A DNA stretch of 63,705 nt, the filler included, from Sphacelaria rigidula (Eukaryota): NCBI GenBank assembly GCA_964200075.2. It is 5 parts of 5 records of this genome, joined end to end, with 100 filler letters (N's around TTAATTAATTAA, not from the genome) between each part and the next. Parts side by side here need not be neighbours in the genome. Positions count along the whole stretch, not along the records: positions 12,764 to 25,425 come from CAXNAA020003526.1; positions 25,526 to 38,187 come from CAXNAA020003527.1; 3 more parts are not named here. One strand, given 5' to 3'. Below are positions 24,072-36,792 of this stretch, one piece after another. The stretch's first letter is position 1. Every line of letters begins with the position of its first letter. The position numbers and the translations under genes are program-made. The notes beneath the pieces are model-generated. The model was not told the origin of the DNA and made no database searches. It worked only from the letters and a program-made list of their open reading frames with translations.

Positions 24072-24310
24072 GAGTCATCCTACGATAGGGGGGGGGGGAT
24101 TTGATTGCACGAACAAATAGGCTTACAAGTGTGTCAGACGACCTGCCACACTCGCGGTGCGCTTGTTTTTGGTTCAAAACGATGTCAATCGGCATGAATG
24201 AGCCTTACGTATCTAAAACAAGCTTATTCGAGCAACCGTTGCTGCTTTTAACGACGATTTGACCTGGAATTTCGTGCAAGAAATGGTCCCCCCCTATCGT
24301 GGGATGACTC
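24072..24310. mobile_element. MITE with GAG termini and 4-bp TSD (Sola-like)
   Basis: TIR GAGTCATCCTACGATAGGGGGG / CCCCCCTATCGTGGGATGACTC; TSD GTTA at 24068-24071 and 24311-24314. Confidence 0.85.
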
Positions 24311-25425
24311 GTTACGGTAGGATCAAATTATACCCCAGAGGTATTTAGGAGGTGCGGGATTTTGGCGTCGTCGGATTTCCACTATCATATGCAAAGACCG
24401 GGAATGCCTCCAGATGATTTCTGACGATTTCCATTCTATCTGTTGAGAAAAAGCTCAAATCGTCCTCAGACTTGGCAGTCCGGTGAATGTCAGTGCTCCA
24501 AATGAACGAAGAAAAAATATTGTGTTCCTTTCCAAAGTTTCTCCGCTCTGCACTGGCTTCCAAGGGTCCACGCGTGAAAACCCCGGGATGCCGGTACAAA
24601 ATGATCGAGGCAAGAAATAAAAACGTACTCGTCCGTTGTAAGTTCAAGGAACAGCAATACTACGTACGTGGTGCGATTACCCCCTTTACGCGGAGTGCGG
24701 GTACTCCACTCCACGCGATATTATTTATATTTAGCTCGACCATTATCATAGTCACCGCAATAAAAATGCAAACGAAAAATGGTAACTTGGTTGCCTAGCT
24801 GACGCAGTGAGTGGCGTGTTTACCGTCTCGTTGCCAACCGACGCCAACCCTCAATAATATGGGGGTGTACCCGCGGGAGAGATAGTGGAGAGTTAGTTTG
24901 GGCCTTTGAGTTCACGTAGTCGTTCTGAGAAAGGGGAGGGGTTGACAGTGCAATACGTTCATTGAGTGAAGAGCGGGGGAGGGATTGTAGAAGACACGGG
25001 GACCCCGTGTGTTCGGTCCTATCTGGAATGGACGAATATATGACGTCGTTGGGTGGTCGATGCACCCCCGTGGATTCAGATTTTCGGTCAAAATGCACCA
25101 AATTCATCTTTGCCTATCGCACACAAGAATGGAAAGTAGATAGTAGTTTAGCACAGCACGGATTGTGCAACGTACCCGCAGCCATATAATCTTTGTTGTA
25201 CCATATTACTCACCCTCCCGGCACTGCTGTGTACCGCACTGAATTGCCATGGTTGGTTGATTGACTGTCGCACACATTACTACGCACACATTATTAACGG
25301 ATCTGCCAAGGGTGCACGAAAACACAGTTCCTGCACACCCAAGTACCCATTTGTTTTGGACCTCTCACGGGGGGGGGGGGGGGGGAAAAAAAAGGGTGTG
25401 AGTGGAGGAGAAGAGGGGGGAGGAG

Positions 25426-25525
25426 NNNNNNNNNNNNNNNNNNNNNNNNNNNNNNNNNNNNNNNNNNNNTTAATTAATTAANNNNNNNNNNNNNNNNNNN
25501 NNNNNNNNNNNNNNNNNNNNNNNNN
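25426..25525. other. Artificial contig linker
   Basis: Ns plus TTAATTAATTAA, 100 nt. Confidence 0.99.
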
Positions 25526-26055
25526 GGGATGCGTGGACTAGGGTCAAACGACGAGGGCAAGCAACAAATGAGTACGCCCCCCCCCCCCAAGGTTGAACAG
25601 CTGTCACGAAGAAAAATGGCAATACAGCGTACGAGATAACTGGTTGGTTTCTGAATCCAAGTCTTGAAGTTTATCATAAAGATGACATATGAATGATGCT
25701 GAAATATATTTTGAAGAGTGCAGATACAACTGCTTTCCAAAGCCATTTCTTGGAGAATATTCTGGAGTATGCGGATATAGCTGGCTCCAGAAACCAGATT
25801 GAAACACTTCACATGCGGGGCTTCAGTTCAATCGCGACAATCAATCGATCAATCAGTCATGCAGACTTTGCCCGGGTCCTGATTACACTTTTCTTAGGGG
25901 GGGCTGCCGGGGGATCGCTGTATCCACGAAGAGGATCCCAAGCTTGAGTACTTCCATTTCATCGCGAGACTATTTGCTTCGATCGATTGATTTTCGCACC
26001 CTGGCCAATCCTCCAGGGATCCTACAGCACAACAAATCGGCGTGTCCTAGGCTGG

Positions 26056-26312
26056 GAGTGATGCTACGGTAGAGGTGCACAAATATTTTCTTACGTTAGA
26101 ATTGTTAGGACCCCTTTATCTAATGCAAAACACGGCTTTTGAAAATATGTGAAAGGACGCCAGAATTACTACTCCAATGTGCTGGGGACATCCCGAATGA
26201 ATTTGCAAACGGGAATTCCCTGGCCCATATTTTTGTGCATCTAAAATCGTTGGGAGCCCTTGAACTAGACAAAATTTCGCGAAAAAAGTGCACCCCTACC
26301 ATAGCATCGCTC
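26056..26312. mobile_element. MITE with GAG termini and 4-bp TSD (Sola-like)
   Basis: TIR GAGTGATGCTACGGTAGAGGTGCAC / GTGCACCCCTACCATAGCATCGCTC; TSD CTGG on both sides. Inverted homolog at 52479-52733 and a partial copy at 51048-51114. Confidence 0.88.
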
Positions 26313-26950
26313 CTGGGCTGCGACGTACTGCTCCAGACCGAAAAAAAGTATGCGTTTGAACCACGATGCAGCGGTTCCGTTTCGATTTCCGCCGAGTTGG
26401 TCATCGCCCATTTTTTCTACTCTCGCCGAATCAAACAAATGCCAAGCACAACAGAGTCGCTTTGTCGCAGTTTGCGTAATGCGCTACTTGTCATGATCCA
26501 GCCGTGGTCATCAGGTATGATGGAGTCACCCCCCCCCCGCCAAGACAAGTGAAGGATATCATTTGCTCAAGGGTACTCAACTCGAGGAACGGGAGTGATA
26601 TTGTACGAGTACCGCGGGACTTACCCTCAGTTTTGTGCTGATGTGACACCTGTGTTCGTATGAGCGCACTGATTTCGTGATCATGAGGCTTTTTTGCGTA
26701 GGGTAGTATGGAGGCAGTAGTATATGAGCAAAGTATAGTGATGCATAGAGAGCATGCTTTCAGGCCGGGCACCAGCGTAAGTCATGCTCCGGAGTATATA
26801 GTAATAGGTCCACGTATACAGTAGGACCGTGTAAGAGATGGGGGGGGGCTGTAGGGTAAGTGCGAGAATGTAACTTTGAAACGCTCTTCCGTCCTTTTGC
26901 CCTCCGCAACCACTGGATTGACATAATTTCCTTAATTTTTCAAGGGACGT

Positions 26951-27773
26951 TGCCACATTCCCTCCTCCCCGCGCGCCCCCGCCTTTTCTATGAGGGCTAT
27001 TGTCGGCGATGGTTGTAGCAAAAGAGACAATCGCACCCTCATTGTAGGGCGATATACCTCATGTTCTGCTCGTGATGTCTCTGTACAGATACATGGTCTC
27101 TCAAAGCGCTTGGAGTCTAGATGCATGGGAACGAGAATCCTCTCGGTTGTAACCCAGTCTCACTCACAGTATCATCCTGCCTTCTCTCGTGTCTCATTCC
27201 GCTGTTTCGCCATATGATGCCAGCTGGGCATCATCGGCATTGTCGGTTCAGTCATGGCGAGCTGCGGGCTGTTGGCGTATAAGCAATGGTTCTTCCATAC
27301 GAGCTGGCGAAAAATTTACATCTGGGCGACCTTGACTGTGATGTTTTTTAGCCTCTTGCAGCTGCTCCTGATTTTCAGGTGAGCGCTGTAGAGCAGAGGC
27401 CGCCGAATCAATGTTATCTCTTCCAGTGATTGACGACTTCAAAGCTGCGCAACTCATCCTCCGTTTGTGTCTTTATTGAAGGCGACTGCGACGGAAGACT
27501 CAAGCAATTTCACTGTCACGTGAACGTCTGATCTGATGTAATCGCAAGCAAGTGTCGGTAGGACGACGCCAAAATTGTATATAACTCGGATTACTCGGAA
27601 GTCGTGTCTATCTCTCTCTCTATGTTTATATGGGTGTTGAGAGTGGGCGACCCTAGCCCGATCCTATGCAAGCGAAACTCTCAAACCCATGTCGCATGTT
27701 TTCTGTTGCTACGCGGTCTACTACTGTAGCAACATAAGTCGCAGTCTCGTACAGTCGGCTGGCTGCATTTACA
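26951..27773 (-). mobile_element. Possible small LTR-retroelement remnant
   Basis: Minus strand shows ...TATACA-ATTT-TGGCGTCGTCC (LTR end plus PBS-like, about 27560-27580) and GGGGAGGAGGGAA-TGTGGC (PPT plus LTR start, about 26951-26970). The two putative LTRs do not visibly match. Confidence 0.3.
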
Positions 27774-27862
27774 GGTGGACTTGAGGATAGAAACGATATC
27801 GAAACACTCGGCGATTTCGATCTGACTGGGCTTGAATGCTTCTCGTGATTTTGGATAATATA

Positions 27863-28539
27863 CGAGCTGGGCCAGCCAACAGTGGGTAGTTTCTTCGCTC
27901 AGGCGATGTACAGCGTAAAATTAGGAGTTGGGCGCTTACATTTTGACAGCAGCTTATCATGATCGACATGAAAAACATGACGAGAGCAGCAAAGAAAAGA
28001 AGAAAAAAAAAAAAACTTCTGGGCATTTGAAATGTAGACCAAGACAAGACAATGTTATGANNNNNNNNNNAAAGAAAAGAAGAAAAAAAAAAAACTTCTG
28101 GGCATTTGAAATTTCAGCAAAAACAAGACAATGTCATGAACCCAGAAAAAAAAACGAGAATCTGCAGCTGCTCCCGTAATATATTATTTCCTTGGGTGCA
28201 GAAGATCTTCGTGAAATTTCAGCTCAAGAGTCGTCGAATTGGGCCGTGCGTGCAGCGTTTTGCGTGACGCTGCTGCACATCTATAATTCAAGTGGTGGGA
28301 GACTCCAGTTGTGGAGGTTATGAGTTCAAATCCTGACATGATCTCTTTTTTTCCGTCCGTCGTTAAGGTCATACATTATGCAGTACGTTTTTTCTCATTT
28401 TTTTTCATTCGGCGGCGGTGCCGTGTGTCACCAGGTTGGTCTGCACTTCAAAGTGGTATGCTTGTATCGGGTTCATTCAAGAAACTGGGAAAGCTGTAGT
28501 GTGGACAACGCTTTGTCGCTTTTAAGCTGGCCCAGCTGG
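27863..28539 (+). mobile_element. TA-flanked MITE (Tc1/mariner-type ends) with an internal tRNA-like segment
   Basis: TA-CGAGCTGGGCCAGC ... GCTGGCCCAGCTGG-TA; inverted homolog at 40197-40773. Confidence 0.8.
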
Positions 28540-28867
28540 TAATAGGTCAGGTCCTACTGTACTCGAGAAACGTCTACCTGTACTGTGTTTGTTTTCGGAG
28601 GAAACTACTGTATCACCAAGAAATTATGAACTCGCTTGCGGGGTACTTACTCGTTGGGTTGGGTTTGTTCCTTCCGTTAAGGAAAAAAACCCAACAACAA
28701 CAAATGAACGGACGTTGAACGATATATTCTCCCTGCGATCGTTTCAAAACATGTCAACACAGCCTTACTTGATTTGAATGAGGGATTGACTGTCGCGCAT
28801 CAAGTGCATCAAGTGATGATACCCGACGGATGGATGCAGCCGTTGTCACAAAACAGACGTCTTCAAA

Positions 28868-29193
28868 CCGGGTATTTCTACAAGAGTTTACCCGTACCCC
28901 GGGTAAGGGCAACAGACATATCAAGGGCAGGTCGAGTACAGTATACTCAATCGTGGGGTATTTTGAAAAATGTACTTGAGGTACTTAAATCAGGGTAGAG
29001 TGTCAGGAGTCGTACCCAAAAATGACTAGAAAGCGATCCCTACCCCTCCCCCCCCCGATTTGTGTACTTTAAGTACGACTTTCAAAATACCCGGCAATTG
29101 AGTTTTTTCTACGGTACTCGACCTGCCCTTGAAACATTTCGTACAGATCGCACAGCTCTGTCGGGTACGGGTAAAACGCGGGTGAATACCCCG
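28868..29193. repeat. Foldback element with imperfect arms of about 130 bp
   Basis: TCAAGGGCAGGTCGAGTAC...GGGTATTTTGAAA (28921-28968) mirrors TTTCAAAATACCC...GTACTCGACCTGCCCTTGA (29080-29132); the outer TTTACCCGTACCC / GGGTACGGGTAAA also pair. Confidence 0.8.
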
Positions 29194-31495
29194 GTTATGC
29201 AAGAATTCGTACCCTACCATGAAACACAACCTTGGAAATTTTGACGACAATCGACGCGATACGGGACTGTTGATTCATTCGATCCGCTATACGGAAAATT
29301 TTGAGCATGTATCGTGGGATGGAAGAGATGGCTTGTGGATGAGATTTATTGAGACCGCAGACTCGTCTCGAGGAATGGAAGGGATCTATCATATATACAG
29401 AGCGCGACCTATGTTTACAATTTCGTAGTTGAGACTCTCAAGATCGTTTTTTTGTTTTGTTGAAGAATTTACGGGTAAGCATTTGTGCTGAACTCGATGG
29501 AAAAATAAGAATGATGAATCGGAAAATGCAATGAGGTCGGCAGGAAAGAAGATCCTAGAATGCATTGCACCCCAGAAAAATAAGAAACTGCGTCCACAGC
29601 CACCATGGCTACATCAGGCGCCCGAGTAAGCTGTCTCCTCTCTTGAACTGGAAAATAACGTTGATCTCTACTGGGACACCCCATGGATAATGACAATCTA
29701 TACAAAACTCGTAAAAAACTGTATTGTATTTTGTTCCGATTTTGTCTTTCGGCACAAGACTGGTGGTTCACGTAATGCTTACTGCTGGCGCACGGTACAT
29801 TACTGTACCGGCAGTCGCTTTTGGCAGAGGATAAAAGTTCGGGGTACCGTGGATGCCCCCTACTCCCATGCCTGTGTGGAATAAGAGTTTCCAAACTAAG
29901 CATTTGGCGTTCTACACCTCCGCAAACAAAATGAAATTGGATTTAAGCATTTCTGCTGAAATTGGAGCGAAAATAAGACGTCGAGCCTCGCTACAAACAA
30001 GAACTTATTGTAATCTGTCGCGCACTGTGTACAGACAGAGGTGACAGAAAAGCAGAACAAGACACAAATATCGTGTACAAGCATATCTTTCACATTTTGG
30101 ACATGAGATGGTGAAAAAGGTGCAGTAAAAAAAAGTGTAGTGAGTAAAGCACCGACCTATTGCCTGTGGCTCCATTGGGCCGTGACCGTCAATGGACCAC
30201 CACTGGACCATCCTTACGCCGATACTTTCAGCAGCGCACTTTTTTTCCTTTCGAAACCGATCGATTTGCTATAGTGTGCGTGCGTGTGTTGCGTCAAGTG
30301 TGTTTTGTCGTGGTCCAAAATTCTGTCATCAGCAAATGCCTTCTGCAATACCCACCCAATAATCACACACATGGTATCATAATGACCGCAATGAACAGAC
30401 GAAGAGGGTGACATGGCCGGATTTTTGTTCAAGGCTATGGTGGTGGCGCCATGGACAAAAATGTGTCTCGACCAATCAGCGCCTTTCAAGTTGTTTTGAA
30501 ATTGAAAACACGAATTCCAAGCCCAATTTCCACCGAATCTTCACATGCTTGAAATCTTAGTGATCGTCATCACCTCAGGAATCTAATGGGAGAACATATT
30601 CGGAAACTATTCCAACGGAGTCAAATCATACCCAAGACCGTAATGATTCGGTGGTGTGGAGTATTGGCGCATTGTAATTTCCACTCATGATTCGTACGAA
30701 AGACTCAAGGAGCCCCGTGACGATTTCCCTTATGTCTGTTGTAGAAAAGCCGACATCATCCTCAAACTTGGCAGTTCCGTAGGTATTGATACTCCGAATG
30801 AAAACATTGTGTTCTTGGCAAGATTTCAAAGTTTCTCTGTTTTCTACCGCCTTCCGGGGGCCCCAGGACAAAGACCCTGGCAGGCGGTACAGAATGCCTC
30901 GAAAGAAAAAAGAACAACATGATGCGTGCTGGGATAGTCCAAGGAACACATGTCAAAGCTTGGTGGAGAAACTCGAAAATCTCATACACTTTTTCTCGCC
31001 TTGACGTGAAATTAAAAATCACCCCAAAAAGACGTGTTCATACTAAAACCAAGTAATTGGAGTGTGCACGTTTTAAGTTCACATCCTCGCACAAACGCGC
31101 AAACCTTAACGCAATTACCAGGAGTTAGACCCCGAATTTTTTCACAAACGTGCTTTGAGTTATCACGCAAGTTTCGACCAACGAGGTTTTCCAACTTCTT
31201 GTTTTTTTTTGCCGTTTTTCGGGGGTCCAACGGGATCCAAGTCGTTTTCTAAAAGTCGTCCATTCTGAGACCCCGGAACACCGGTACTACGTTTTTTTTT
31301 TTTTCCATTTTTTTCTCAAACGCCCTGTCGCCGCGTAACCCAAGGAAGAGCTCCACAAAGTTTCGTGGCCAAACTCGATAAGCTGATGCTTGAATTTTCA
31401 TGTTCACGTCAAAGAACGCCCAAAAAACGCTTTTTTCATACTAAAATCTGTGAGTTCGCGGTTTCATCATGGCACGGCGAGGTTCATCGCACAAA

Positions 31496-31780
31496 CGCGA
31501 AAAATTTCACGCCGTTTCAAGGAGCTGGATCCTGAAATTTTGCACAGGTGTTCTACGGGTAATAACGCAACCAGTGGATGAACGTTTTTTTTTCTTCGTT
31601 TTTACCGTTTCACGGGGGGGCGACTGGATCGAAATTTCCCCGAAAAAATTCGAACCCCCGAAAAACGGTGAAACAGTCTAAAAATAAATATCAACCTGAT
31701 CTTGGAAAGGTGCGTGATGACCCATAGAACACTTGTGCAAAATTTCAGGATCTAACACCTTGAAACGGCGCGAAGTTTTG
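31496..31780. repeat. Inverted repeat pair with arms of about 70 bp
   Basis: CGCCGTTTCAAGG...GATCCTGAAATTTTGCACA-GTGTTCTA versus TAGAACAC-TGTGCAAAATTTCAGGATC...CCTTGAAACGGCG. Confidence 0.75.
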
Positions 31781-33467
31781 CCGATGAGTGTGTTTTGGAT
31801 CTTTTCGGTGAACCAGCCTGTATGAGTTCCTTTTTCATATGATATACTTAGGCCGTGCGTTATCATATTTTTCGACTCGAAAACACGCGGTCGAATCGAA
31901 TAGGTTGCTACGAGGCCGTATCAGATACGTCCACGGCATTTATGTTCTCAGATGCCTTCAAGTCCATTTTATAATTAGTTGCGCGCGACGGGAAGCGTCG
32001 ATAACAGAGAAGTTTGGCTTTTTCGAGCGAAACGAGCGGCGGAATGAACGAGTGGGGTACGTAACTCCTGTGTTGCAGACAACCGTGCCAGATACTACCC
32101 TTTCACAGAACTACGCAAAATACATATGGTTCATTCGCCGGTACCTGCTCAACCCTGCGGCATGGATCACGAACTGAGCGCAGGGATACATACACTGCGG
32201 TGATAAGAAACCGACATCACCACACTTTTGGCATGATGTTTTTATTCTTGTTGGCGAAAACTTGGGCATCTAATTTTGTGGGAGAGTCCACCGACTGAGT
32301 TGCGTGCAGAGGTGGGCGATCGAATTGCCAACGCGCTCGTGGACAGTAGAGGCGGTGCAAAACTTCTCGTGGTTCAAATCTGCTTCGCATCCTCCTGCAT
32401 GCAGAGAGTCAGAAAGCTGTCTGTATGCCGCGTTGCCCGCTTCTTTTCCACATCGCACCTGCATGCTGTGCGAAACACACACCCTATCTACACAACAGTA
32501 CAGGCCGCCACTGTTGTACAGTCTGTACTGTCTGTACTGTACTAAACATAAGTGAAGAAGTACCGCTTCACGAATTTCGCTTAGCCTTTTCGATTCAAAG
32601 CGTGCAAACTCGCTCGGACCCAAACATGGCACACGTCGGACGCATCATGATCTGTCTGAAACAATTAATCGAAGAAGACTCTCTAATCCGTCGGTCCAAA
32701 AACACAAAACATGTGACCGCGGAGTTAGAAACGCTAAAGCGCGGCTTTACACTACTCGGCGTGCTCAGCGTCCGGCGCCGTAAGGAGCAAACGTGGAAAC
32801 GGAGGGCCAAAAGATCCGGGTCATGATCCGGATCAGTATACTGAGAGGAAGTAATTTTCAGACGGATCATCATCCGTCCTACGTGCGAAACATGGCGAAG
32901 CGAACTGAATCAGTTCCGCCGCCCGAACTCGTTCGAGTCGAAGACAATTTTATAAGACACGGCCTTACTGTCCGTCAATCAAACAAAAATCAAAAGCATT
33001 CTTACTCCCCCGTGTTGATAATCCGTGGACCACGGAGCGAGCAAGCCTTGGTTCTATGTTTCCATGTCTCTTTAGTCGCACTTTGAACCCCCCCCCCCCT
33101 CTTCCTCCTCGGGACGAATCCGTGGTCTCAAGGGATCAGCCCATCTCTTCCCCGGTACTGTACAAATCTTGCAATTCGGTATTATCGCAGATTGGATCAT
33201 GACCAACCCTCCGCACCGCGTCGACTCTCGTCAAGTACATGGAGTTTCTTTGCTGCTCACGTCCTCGCGAGACCAACAGCAGAAAATCTGAAACCTATTG
33301 GAAAATAGTGAGGCATGAAAAAAAAGCACGACGTATCGGATCTCGCGGGCGTCAAACCCGCATTTTTCTTATCTAGTTTCAGTTGTACGTACCATTTCAA
33401 TTTACACCATTGGGACGCGACGGCATGTTTTGTATCGTACAGTAGTGTTCCATCTAACTATTCAGGG

Positions 33468-33950
33468 GTGTTTCAGGGTTTTCCTCGCGTACTACTCTTC
33501 GATAGAATTCGAAATTGCTTGCGTTGGTAGATTTTGGTACAATTAACAGATCATCCTCGAAACATAGGTGCCGAAGTCAGTGTTGGTTGGTGTTATCGGG
33601 CGATACGAGTAAATATCCCGTTTATCAGGAGAGTGTTATTGTCCGTAAAACACAGTTTTTCGGCTGTAGTGCAATGAGTAGGTATAATTTCAAAAAAATG
33701 AAACTGTACATTTTCTCACAAATATGATCGGGACAGGCTCGATCGACCGAAAATACCAAAGAGTAAGAATCTGGGCTGAAACGTGGCAGGACCTCCGATG
33801 ACCGGTCAGCCCGTAAGTCACTGAGTATTGAGTACATATGATTTTTTTTTCTTGAAATATGGAGCTGATACAACTATCTTCAGATTCCCAATGTGATGAG
33901 CGGTGGAAAGCGAAAAGAGCGCAAGAAAATCGTCAATCACGGAGAAACCA
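33468..33950 (+). mobile_element. Dispersed repeat family A, copy 3
   Basis: Collinear with 9533-10065, including GAATCTGGGCTGAAACGTGGCAGGAC. Confidence 0.85.
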
Positions 33951-34424
33951 CAAGATGCCACAAAATGAATAGTTAGACCGCCCACTACTGTAGGTTCCCT
34001 TCCCCTTTTGCTCCCACCATGTCCGACCCCCTAGTTGAGTAGATGTCGTTTTTGTCATCGTCCAGTCACCCTGCAGCCCAACTATGGCTTTCATATCGAG
34101 CCTATCTGCACTGTTCAACCAATACCTCGCCGCCCTGTCCATAATACCCTCATCCCCATCCAGGGTGAACAAGATGCTGGGGATACCCGACTTGTTGTTT
34201 GCCGTGGGGGACGAAAGCATCCAGGATTTCGTTGTCAGCATTCAGTTCCTGCCCATTGTGCAGATGGTGAGCATCTCCGAGTTTCCCTTCCCTGCTGGTT
34301 TTATGGCATCATTATTCTGTGTTTTTGTGTCCATTTCGCTAGGCCCAATCGCTCAGACCCCGCAGTCAACGAGTGGGAGCTTGGGAAAAGACGGTGGCGT
34401 CTCCTTCCACGGAACTGCACATAT

Positions 34425-35332
34425 CAGTCTTGAATATCGAACGGAATAAAAGTTCGGTACGATATTTGAAAATAATGACAAAAAAGCGATTAGATATGTT
34501 TCTCGATGCGCGGCAAATGACGCGATACGTGTCGAGTATCGATACTCGATACGATACGGCTATTTTGGTAGGGACGCAGCTTGCAAGACCTAAGGGTACT
34601 ACACTGGCACACTACCAATTCAACCCGAAGTGGGTGCATACCTGATTGTATGAAGGTACATCAGTAGAAGTGTGTGATTCTTATTTGAAATGATGGAAGC
34701 GGTGGCACAACACGCGGCATGATGCTTCTGTCTAACGAAAATTGTTCATCATGTAAGAGGCAAGAGGGAAAACTGGGAGTTTGTCACAACTCCAGATGTG
34801 ATGTGTGATACATGGTGTGTTGTTCAAGCCAGTCCGCGGGTCCTTCTTCGTGCCCGTTCTCTTCAGTATAAGATGAGGGCACTTAGCGGCCGCTGGTGCA
34901 GCAGCTGCCGCCGTAGCGGACGCAGACCGCTCGGAAGAAACGTCGACCGTAGAGTCTGCGCTACCGCCGGCGACAAAGCCGGAAGTCTGGAGGCTCATGG
35001 TGCAGACCGGTGTGGTTCGCAGCAAGTGGATGCGCAGTGTGGTGTGTGGTGTATGGTGTATGGTATGTGATGGGATGGGGTGGTAGGTGGAAGCATGCGA
35101 AAAATGGGGGACGATATGGTGTTTACCAACTCCATATACTTCCAAACTGCCGACTCGCCAAGATATATGTATACATATAGGTTATATACATATCTCGACG
35201 GTATCGAATACCGATATTCGATATTGATACGTATCGACAAATATCGGCTTGGAAACCGGCGATATCGATACGCCGTAGCGACGATATTTATCGAAATCGT
35301 ATCGAGTATCGATATCCGATTTTCAATACCTG
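34425..35332. mobile_element. Non-autonomous TIR element with ATCG/CGAT-rich subterminal regions (hAT-like)
   Basis: Ends CAGTCTTGAATATCG / CGATTTTCAATACCTG; dense TATCG/CGATA motifs at 34430-34560 and 35190-35325; CATAT on both flanks. Confidence 0.5.
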
Positions 35333-35774
35333 CATATGTAATTTTAGTTCTGACTTTGAACCCTACCCCATGATCGAAAAAAACACCCCCCCTCACCTCT
35401 AGACTCTTGGGTTGGCGTCGAGTAGCAACGGCGCTGTAAAACAAGCCACCAGAACGTAGACATCAAACGTACAGACTGTCACCGTACATACACTAGAGAC
35501 CGCCACTAGATAAAAGAAATTCCCGGACCGACAGACACAATAGACGTGCAACAACCTAAAATAACCAATTTTGTTTTCCCCCAGGAGTACATAAGACGAA
35601 TATATCGACATGATACAGCAAAGCTGACGGTTTTTTCTTCTTTTAATTTCGCTCATTGCTTTCCCTTATTCTCTGTGTTTTTTCCCCTTCCTTTGTTCTT
35701 CTCTTCCTTTTCCTTTTCCTCTTTCTTTACGTACTTTTTTTCCCTTTCCTGCTTTTTTTGGGGTTCTCCGCTAC

Positions 35775-36002
35775 GATAACACAGCCCAGAGATGGACGTG
35801 AAATAAAGAAGCTAACCATCCTTTTCCTTTGACCTACGGATATAGACATGGAATAACTCCCATAACACCGCCCGGACATAGGCATGCGATATAGAGAAGC
35901 TAACCATACTTTTTCTTGAACCTAACATAACACAACCTGGAAATAGATATGAAATCAAGAAGCTAACTATCCTTTTTCTGTAATCTACCAACACGCAGCC
36001 CG
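35775..36002. repeat. Degenerate tandem repeat, about 3.5 units of 63-87 bp
   Basis: AGAAGCTAACYATMCTTTT recurs at about 35807, 35895 and 35958, each preceded by an ATAACAC-like motif. Confidence 0.7.
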
Positions 36003-36792
36003 CGAGGGAGTACATCAGAAGTTGTTCATGCCCATGTTTTCTATGATTGAATGGTCATGATCAAAATGAAAAGTGCGACTAGATAGTGAAGTAGTCTACA
36101 TGTAGTCCAATCGTGTGGGAACAAAACGACGATTTTGATAGCCGTGATTGGTCAAAATGGTTACTCCGCTCCTCTCTGGCCTCGTTCCTGGCTTGTAATT
36201 TTACGCGGGAAAATTCAAAACACACATGGTGTACCTTGTGTGCTGTTTTGCTGTTCTGCGAACAGGCCCTCACCCCTCGTCAAGAACTACCCGCCCGCCC
36301 CCTGGAAACCCCCGAATTTCCCTCGACTGTGCACCTGTGAAATTGTTCCGAGGCGACGCTCGCTGTCTAAGGGTTGAAGAGGTTTGCGGAGAGATCAACG
36401 TTTATGGGAAAATGAGTTGACAGTGTTGCCACAAAAGTTTTTTTTTCGGAACATAAGTTGACCGCTTTTCCCCCTGGTGCGCACTGCTGCAACGCGCAGC
36501 ACCACAGATGGTGATGTGGAACTGTTGACTGTGGTCCTCATAACATATGACCGAAGTTACAGCACGTTTCAGCGTCTACAGCGCGCGTAGGGCCGTGCGT
36601 CATAAACTGCGCACCTCTGCAGACAATATGCCGATCGGTACACTACCGATGGTCATGATCCAGACAGGGCCGAAGTACAGACCGGTGTCACTTTGCTACA
36701 ATATCGGCCGCCCAGTCGCTCAAGATGTCGAAGATAGTGGACGAGCGCGTGCATATATGCATTCACCTCTAGTGCACGAAGTCTGGACTGCA

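Noticed and set aside
28275..28350. Functional tRNA-Trp gene
   Set aside because: The acceptor stem and D-arm do not form, the two copies are diverged, and both sit inside a MITE.
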